This document shows, one piece after another, positions 56,060 to 64,000 of a stretch of 64,000 nucleotides of DNA. Numbering within the stretch: position 1 is the stretch's first letter; the number at the start of each line of letters is the position of its first letter. Position numbers and translations under genes: made by a program. The notes under the pieces were generated by a model, which saw only the letters and a program-made list of their open reading frames with translations, made no database searches and was not told the origin of the DNA. The stretch comes from the human T2T-CHM13v2.0 reference genome, Homo sapiens, in NCBI RefSeq assembly GCF_009914755.1, contig NC_060927.1. The stretch is one strand, 5' to 3'.

Positions 56060-59000
56060 TCAACTCCCACTTGTGAGTGAACTCCCACTCATGTGGTGTT
56101 TGGAACCACTCATGGGAGTTCTCATATGAACTCCCACTTATGTGGTGTTTGGTTTTCTGTTTCTGTGTTAGTTTGCTGAGAATGATGGTTTCCAGCTTCA
56201 TCCATGTGCCTGCAAAGGACATGAACTCATTCTTTTTGATGGCTGCATAGTAGTCCATGGTGTATGTGTGCCACATTTTCTTTAACCAGTCTGTCATTGA
56301 TGGGCATTTGGGTTGGTTCCAAGTCTTTGCTATTGTAAATTGTGCTGCAGTAAACATACGTGTGCATGTGTCTTTATAGTCAAATGATTGATAATCCTTT
56401 GGGTGTATACCCAGTAGTGGGATTTCTGGGTCAAATGCTATTTCTAGTTCTAGATCCTTGAGAAATTGCCACACTGTCTTCCACAATGGTTGAACTAATT
56501 TACACTCTCACCAGCAATGTAAAAGCTTTCCTATTTCTCCACATCCTCTCCAGCATCTGTCGTTTCCTAACTTTTTAATGATCACAATTCTAACTGGCAT
56601 GAGATGGTATTTCATTGTAGTTTTGATCTACGTTTCTCTAATGACCAGTGAAAATGAGCTTTTTTTCATATGTTTGTTGGCCGCATAAATGTCTTCTTTT
56701 GAAAAGTGTCTGTTTACATCCTTCACCCACTTTTTGATGGGGTTGTTCTTTTCTTGTAAATTTGTTTAAAGTCCTTGTAGATTCTGCACTTCTTGTGCTG
56801 TGCAGAAGCTCTTTAGTTTAATTAGATCCCATTTGTCAATTTTGGCTTTTGTTGCCATTGCTTTTGGTGTTTTAGTCATGAAGTCTTTGCCCATGCCTAT
56901 GTCCTGAATGGTATTGCCTAGGTTTTCTTTTAGGATTTTTATGGTTTTAGGTCTTATGTTTAATTCTTTAATCCGTCTTGAGTTAATTTTTGTATGAAGT
57001 GTAAGGAAGGGGTCCAGTTTCAGTTTTCTGCATATGGCTAGCCATTTTTCCCAACACCACTTATTAAATAGGGAATCCTTTCCCCATTGCTTGTTTTTGT
57101 TAGGTTTGTCAAAGATTAGATGGCTGTAGATGTATGGTGTTATTTCTGAGGTCTCTGTTCTGTTTCATTGGTCTATATATTTGTTTTGGTACCAGTACCA
57201 TGCTGTTTTGGTTACTGTAGCCTTGTAGTATAGTTTGAAGTCAGGTAGCATGATGCCTCCAGCTTTGTTCTTTTTGCTTAGGATTGTCTTGGCTATATGG
57301 GCTCATCTTTGGTTCCATATGAAACTTAATGTATTTTTTCCTAATTCTCTGAAGAAAGTCAATGGTAGCTTGATGAGGATAGCATTGAATCCATAAATTA
57401 CTTTGGGCAGTACGGCCATTTTCACGATATTGATTCTTCCTATCCATGAGCATGGAATGTTTTTCCATTTGTTTGTGTCCTCTCTTATTTCCTTGAGCAG
57501 TGGTTTGTAGTTCTGCTTGAAGAAGTCCTTCATATCCTTTGTAAGTTGTATTCCTAGGTATTTTATTCTCTTTTGTAGCAATTGTGATTCAGAGTTTGCT
57601 CATGATTTGGCTCTCTGTATGTCTATTATTGGCGTATAGGAATGCTTGTGATTTTTGTACATTGATTTTGTATCCTGAGACTTTGCTGAAGTTGTTTATC
57701 AGCTTAAGGAGTTTTGGGGCTGAGAAGATGGGGTTTTCTAAATATACAGTCATGTCATTTACAAACAGAGATAATTTGACTTCCTCTCTTCATATTTGAA
57801 TACCCTTTATTTATTTCTCTTGCCTGATTGCCCTGGCCAGAACTTCCAATACTATGTTGAATAGGAGTGGTGAGAGAGGGCATCCTTGTCTTGTGCTGGG
57901 TTTCAAAGGGAATGCTTCCAGCTTTTGCCCATTCAGTGTGATATTGGCTGTGGGTTTCTCATAAATAGCTCCTCTTATTTTGAGATATGTTCCATCAATA
58001 CCTAGTTTATCGAGTGTTTTTAGCATGAAGCGGTGTTGAATTTTATCAAAGGCCTTTTCTGCATTTATTGAGATAATCATGTGGTTTTTGTCACTGGTTG
58101 TGCTTATGTAATGGATTACGTTTATTGATTTGCATATGTTGAACCAGACTTGCATCCCAGGGATGAAGCCAGCTTGATCATGGTGGATAATCTTTTTGAT
58201 GTGCTGCTTGATTTGGTTTGCTAGCATTTTACTGAGGATTTTCACATCGATGTTCATCAGGGATATTGGCCTGAAATTTTCTTTTTTTCTTGTGCGTCTA
58301 CCGGGTTTTGGTATCAGGATGATTCTGGTCTCATAAAATGAGTTAGGGAGAAGTCCGTATTTTTCTATTGTTTGGAATCGTTTCAGAAGGAATGGTACCA
58401 GCTCTTCTTTGTACCTCTGGTAGAATTCGGCTGTGAAGCCATCTGGTCCTGGGCTTTTTTTGGTCTGTAAGTCATTAATTACTGCCTCAATTTCAGAACT
58501 TGTTATTGGTCTATTCAGGAATTTGATTTCTTCCTGGTTTAGTCTTGGGAGGGTGTATGTGTCCAGGAATTTATCCATTTCTTCTAGATTTTCTAGTTTA
58601 TTTGCATAGACGTGTTCATAGTATTCTCTGATGGTAGTTTGTATTTCTGTGGGATCAGTGGTGATCTCCCTTTTATCATTTTTTGTTTATTGTATTTATC
58701 ATTCTTTATTAGTCTGGCTAGTGGTCTATCTATTATGTTAATCTTTTCCAAAAAAAACAGCTCCTGGATTCATTGATGTTTTAAAGGGTTTTTTGTGTCT
58801 CTATCTCCTTCAGTTCTGCTCTGATCTTAGTTATTTCTTGTCTTCTGCTAGCTTTTGAATTTGTTTGCTCTTGCTTCTCTAAGTCTTTTAATTGTGATGT
58901 TAGGGTGTTGATTTTAGATCTTTCCCACTTTGTCCTGTGGGCATTTAGTGCTATAAATTTCCTTCTACCTACTGCCTTAGCTGTGTCCCAGAGATTTTGG

Positions 59001-59842
59001 TATGTTGTGTCTTTGTTGTCATTGGTTTCAAAGAACTTATTTATTTCTGCCTTAATTTCATTATTTACCCAGTAGTCATTCAGGAGCAGATTGTTCAGTT
59101 TCCATGTAGTTGTGCAGTTTTGAGTGAGTTTATTAATCCTGAGTTCTAATTTGATTACACCGTGGTCTGACTGTTATGATTTCCGCTCTTTTGCATTTGC
59201 TGAGGAGTGTTGTTTTTCCAGCTATGTGGTCGATTTTAGAATAAATGCTAAGTGGTGCTGAGAAGAATGTATATACTGTTGATTTGGGGTGGAGAGTTCT
59301 GTAGATGTCTATTAGGTCTGCTTGGTCCAGAGCTGAGTTCAAGTCCTGAATATCCCTGTTAATTTTCTGTCTCGTTGATCTGTCTAATATTGACAGTGGG
59401 GCATTAAAGTCTCCCACTATTATTGTGTGGGAGTCTAAGTCTCTCTGTAGGTCTCTAAGAACTTGCTTTATGAATCTGGGTGCTCCTGTATTGGGTGCAT
59501 ATATATTTAGGATAGTTAGCTCTTCTTGTTGCATTGATCCCTTTACCATTATGTAATGCCCTTCTTTGTCTTTTTTTATCTTTGTTGGTTTAAAGTCTGT
59601 TTTATCAGAGACTAGGATTGCAACCGCTGCTTTCTTTGCTTTCCATTTGCTTGGAAAATCTTCCTCCATCCCTTTATTTTGAGCCTATGTGTGTCTTTGC
59701 AAGTGAGATGGGTGTCCTGAATACAGCATACTGATGGGTCTTGAATCTTTATCTAATTTGCCAATCTGTGACTTTTAATTGGAGAATTTAGACTTTTTAC
59801 ATTTAAGGTTAATATTGTTATGTGTGAATTTGATCCTGTCAT
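56060..59842 (-). pseudogene. Disrupted L1 ORF2 (endonuclease/reverse transcriptase)
   Basis: ATGACAGGATCAAATTCACAC start at 59842; broken into fragments (59133-59669 EN, 57811-58578 RT, 57303-57581, 55998-56486); catalytic FADD reads FVND at 57754-57765; short deletion near 56787. Confidence 0.93.
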
Positions 59843-59905
59843 TATAATGCTAGCTGGTTATTTTGCCCATTAGTTGATGCAGTTTCTTCATAGTGTCAAT
59901 GGTCT

Positions 59906-60924
59906 TTACATTTTGGTTTGGTTTTGCAGTAGCTGCTACCAGTTTTTCCTTTCCATATTTAGTGCTTCCTTCAGGAGCTCTTGTAAGGCAGTTCTAGTGG
60001 TGACAAAATCTCTCAGCATTTGCTTGTCTGTAAAGGATTTTATTTCTCCTTTACTTAAGAAGCTTAGTTTGGCTGGATATGAAATTCTGGGTTGAAAATT
60101 CTTTTCTTTAAGAATGTTGAATGTTGGTCCCCACTCTCTTCTGGCTTGTAGGGTCTCTGCAGAGAGAGCCGCTGTTAGTCTGATGGGCTTCCCTTTGTGG
60201 GTAATCTGACCTTTCTCTCTGTCTGCCCTTAACAATTTTTCCTTCATTTCAACCTTGGTGAATCTGATGATTATGTGTGTTGGGGTTGCGCTTCTCGAGG
60301 AGTATCTCTGTGGTGTTCTCTGTATTTCCTGAATTTGACTGTTGGCCTGTCTTGCTAGGTTGGGGAAGTTCTTTAGGATAATATCCTGAAGTATGTTTTT
60401 CAACTTAGTTTCATTATTCCTGTCACTTTCATGTATACCAATCAAATGTAGATTTGGTCTTTTCACATAGTCCCATATTTCTTGGAGGCTTTGTTCATTT
60501 CTTTTCATCCTTTTTTCTCTAATCTTGTCTTTACACTTTATTTCATTAAGTTGATCTTCAATCTCTGATATCCTTTCTTCTGCTCAATTTGGCTATTGAT
60601 ACTTGTGTATGCTTCACAAGGTTCTCGTGCTATGTTTCTCAGCTCCATCAGGTCATTTATATTCTATAAACTGGTTAGTCCAGTTAGCAGTTCCTGTAGC
60701 CTTTTATCAAGGTTCTTAGCTTCTTTGCATTGGGTTAGAACATGCTCCTTTAGCTCGGAGGAGTTTGTTATTGCCTACCTTCTGAAGCCTACTTCTGTCA
60801 ATTAGTCAAACTCATTCTCAGTCCAGTTTTGTTCCCTCGCTGTTGAGGAGTTGTGATCCTTTGGAGGAGAAGAGGCATTCTGGTTTTTGAAATTTTCAGC
60901 CTTTTTGTGCTGGTTTTTCCTCAT
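59906..60924 (-). pseudogene. Disrupted L1 ORF1
   Basis: ORF 59936-60508 (KRNEQSLQEIWDYVKRPNL...YPAKLSF...) matches ORF1p; start ATG at 60924; frame broken and premature stop. Confidence 0.92.
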
Positions 60925-62259
60925 CTTCATGGATTTATTTACCTTTGGTCTTTGCTGTTGGTGACCTTCAGATGGAGTTTTTGTGTGGTCATCCTTTTTT
61001 TTTTTATATTGATGTTATTCTTTCCTGTTTGTTAGTTTTCCTTCTAAGTCAGGCCCCTCTTCTGCAAGTCTCCTGGAGTTTGCTGGGGGTCCACTCCAGA
61101 CCCTGTTTGCCTGGGTATCACCAGCAGAGGGTGCAGAACAGCTAAGATTGCTGCCTGCTCCTTCCTCTGGAAGCTTTGTCCCAGAGAGGCACCAACCAGA
61201 TGCTAGCCAGAGCTCTTGTGTTTGAGGTGTCTGTTGACCCCTGCTGGACGTGTCTCCCCATCAGGAGGCATGGGGGTCAGGGACTGACTTGAGGAGGCAG
61301 TGTGTCCCTTGGCAGAGCTCAAGCACTGTGCTGGGAGATATGCTGCTCTCGTCAGAGCTGGCAGGCAGGAATGTTCAAGTCTGCTGAAACTGTGCCCACA
61401 GCCGCCCCTTCCCCCAGGTGCTCTGTCCCAGGCAGATGAAAGATTTATCTATAAGCCCCTGACTGGGGCTGCTGCCTTTCTTTCGGAGATGCCCTGCCCA
61501 GAGAGGAGGAATCTAGAGAGGCAGTCTGGCTACAGCAGTTTTGCGGCGCTGCAGTGGGCTCCATCCAGTCCGAACTTCCCAGTGGCTTTGTTTACACTGT
61601 GAGGGGAAAACTGCCTACTCAAGCCTTAGTAATGGTGGACACCCCTCCCCCAACCAAGCTCAGTGTCCCAGGTCGACTTCAGACTGCTGTGTTGGCAGCG
61701 AGAATTTCAAGCCAGTGGATCTTAGCTTGCTGGGCTCCATGCGGGTGGGATCCACTGAGGAAGACCACTTGGCTCCCTGGCTTCAGCCCTCTTTCTAGAG
61801 TGAACAGTTCTGTCTTGCTGTGTTCCAGGGACCAATGGGGTATGAAAAAAACTCCTGCAGCTAGCTTGGTGTCTGCCCAGATGGCCTCCCAGTTTTGTGC
61901 TTGAAACCCAGGGCTCTGGTGGTGTAGGCACCTGAGAGAATCTCCTGGTCTGTGGGTTGTGAAGATCGTGGGGAAAGCGTAGTGTCTAGGCCAGAATGCA
62001 CCATCCCTCATGGCACAGTCCTTCATGGCTTCCCTTGGCTAGGGGAGGGAGTTCCCTGACCCCTTGGGCTTCCCAGGTGAGGCGACACCCCACCCTGCTT
62101 CTGCTTGCCCTCTGTGGGCTGTACCCCCTGTCTAATCAGTCCCAATGAGATGAACTGGGTACCTCAGTTGGAAATGCAGAAATCACCCCTTCTGTGTTGA
62201 TCTCGCTGGGAGCTGCAGGCTGGAGCTATTCCTGTTCAGCCATCTTGCCCAGGAATCCC

Positions 62260-62565
62260 TTTTTTTTTTTTTTTTTTTTTTACGAAGTCTTGCTCTGTTG
62301 CCCAGGCTGGAATGCAGTAGTGTGATCTCGGCTCACTGCAACCAACCCCCACCTCCTGGGTTCAAGTGACTCTCCTGCCTCAGCCTCCCAAGTAGCTGGG
62401 ATTACAGGTGTCTGCCACCACACCCTGATAATTTTTTGTATTTTTGGTAGAGACGGGGTTTCAGCACGTTGGCCAGGCTGGTCTCAAACTCCTGATCTCA
62501 AGTGATCCACCCGCCTGGGCCTCCCAGACTGCTGGGATTATAGGTGCAAACCACCATGTCTGGCC
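62260..62565 (-). mobile_element. AluS element whose A-tail directly abuts the L1 5' end
   Basis: T-run 62260-62281 followed by reverse Alu body ending TGGCC at 62565. Confidence 0.95.
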
Positions 62566-62829
62566 TATTTGTTTTTTATGCCCATAAGAAACAACAGTGA
62601 AGGAACTGCAATTCTGAGTGGTTGAGTGACTTGTATGCAATCGTGGAAACAGATGATGGTAGCATCTGAAACATGAAATTCTCTGATTTCACCTCCTCCT
62701 CTGCCTTTGTCATGTGCCTAATTCTTACTTGTTCTCAAATGCATTGTAATTTTTGATGGTCACTAAGCCCCATTTCTTTCCCCATATTCTCATCTGAACT
62801 CTAATGAGGAGATAGAATATAGACAGTTT

Positions 62830-63060
62830 AAGGCTTAAAGACCTTGTTCTGAAGTCGGGCTGACAGGGAGTCAATCCAGATTTCCCTCTGGGTGACCTGG
62901 AGCAAGTTACTTAACAATCCATGCGTCGGTCTTCCCATTTGTAAACTGGAGGGAGGAGGGGAGGGTTGGATAATAGTATCTCTCTTATTGGTCTGTGTTG
63001 AGGGTTCCATGAGATAATATGGGTAAAATGCTTAGAAGAACATTTGGTATATAGTAAGCA
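62830..63060 (+). mobile_element. MIR fragment
   Basis: GTGACCTGGAGCAAGTTACTTAAC..CCCATTTGTAAACTGG..GAGATAAT..TAAAATGCTTAG. Confidence 0.65.
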
Positions 63061-64000
63061 TTTGAATTACGCAAGCATCTTTAATAGTTTTGGTAGAAAG
63101 ACCTTGGTTTAGGATTCAGGGACCTGGGTCCTGATACATTTTCCTGATATAAGTCCCCTCCCCTTGCTGAATCTCCTCTTGCTAAATTTCTAAAATCTCT
63201 AATTTTTCTTTGTATTGAATCCTATACCCTTGTAGTACTATATTAGTGTAGCAATTTTCCAAAAGCCATTCATCTTAGAGGGCTAAATGATTTTACCTTA
63301 TCAATTCCTCCTGTGAAAAAATATCTCTAAAGAGGTTTTCTGCTGGAAAATATTGTTGCTGTCACATTGATATGCCAACAAAAGCTAAGCAGGGAGGTCA
63401 GGCCAAGAAATATCTCCCTGCAAGAGAAGGCATCGCACATGTATCTCTCCATGCTATTTAAATTTGCATTCTGCAACATAGAAGGGATAGGCCATGCTGC
63501 AGAAGCCAGGTCCAGGAAACTGCTTTCTTTGGCCTTTACACATCCTTTTGGAGAGATGCTGGTGAAAGCAGCAACTACCATCTGCCTCCTGTTGACTTAG
63601 TGTCAGCAGGTGGAGGGAGGAAGGAGGGCATCGCAGACATCATTCTATTATCTCAACCTTGCTTTCTCGGATCCAAAGGCCAAGAAGTTGCTGCTCCATG
63701 CCCTCAGAGCTCTAATTTGGCACCTCTTCCTGAAATGAGAGCTTGAAAGGGCTTCTGCTCTGGGTGAAACCGGCTCGTGGCCCGGGCCAATTCTGCTGGC
63801 TTCGCGTCTGTCAGTGTGTCCTAATCACTGTTATAAGTGTGGTTCTGCGGAACATCTTGTAAAATATTTTCCTATTGCTCCAGCAACATCTCCTGTCTAG
63901 ACAATCTAATTATGAACACAGAGCAAATAGCTGAAGTGTATGCCGCCCCCAAGGGTTGCATAACTCCAGGAATGGGGCTAGGAAGACAGGAGAGGGAGGT

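Larger units (their letters stand above)
55836..62259 (-). mobile_element. Full-length (~6.4 kb) inactive L1PA (L1PA7-like)
   Basis: 5'UTR starting GGGATTCCTGGGCAAGATGG, ORF1 and ORF2 fragments in the ORF track, 3'UTR and T-rich tail. Confidence 0.96.

Noticed and set aside
56062-56152. Short repeats separated by unique-looking spacers resembling a mini CRISPR array
   Set aside because: Repeats are only 10-13 bp, irregularly spaced and derived from adjacent L1 sequence; eukaryotic context with no cas genes
55998-60508. Reverse transcriptase, endonuclease and ORF1-like ORFs as a novel or active retroelement system
   Set aside because: Fragments of an ordinary L1PA with frameshifts, a deletion and FADD changed to FVND
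63327-63600. Antiparallel ORFs of 77-84 aa in the unique terminal block
   Set aside because: No recognisable homology and they do not match the expected next TPRG1 exon (RQGEG...); length within chance expectation

Overview
Primate (almost certainly human) genomic DNA: a repeat-rich, intron-dominated 64 kb stretch of TPRG1 (tumor protein p63 regulated 1 / FAM79B) on the + strand. Three consecutive coding exons splice in frame: 10174-10383 (ATG exon, acceptor at 10165), 18084-18175 (absent from the ORF track) and 41530-41706. The first exon and the 3' exons lie outside the window. The rest is mostly mobile DNA: about 14 Alus, a full-length dead L1PA (55.8-62.3 kb), old L1M fragments, a 968-bp HERV-K(HML-2) LTR5 solo LTR, a dense MaLR (THE1/MST) LTR cluster just downstream of the 41.5-kb exon, MER DNA transposons, MIR/L2 remnants and microsatellites. 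I found no CRISPR array, RNA gene or new protein-coding system. The best leads are four. (1) A THE1 LTR-driven, spliced, polyadenylated antisense transcript predicted to cover the whole 41530-41706 exon; it probably corresponds to TPRG1-AS2, which I recall but cannot verify. (2) DUX4-type motifs in three neighbouring MaLR LTRs. (3) An unidentified ~480-bp A-tailed, 3'UTR-like insert nested in an Alu inside an L1. (4) Several template-switch rearrangement scars. Repeat subfamily names and gene identity come from recognition by eye and need RepeatMasker/BLAST confirmation.
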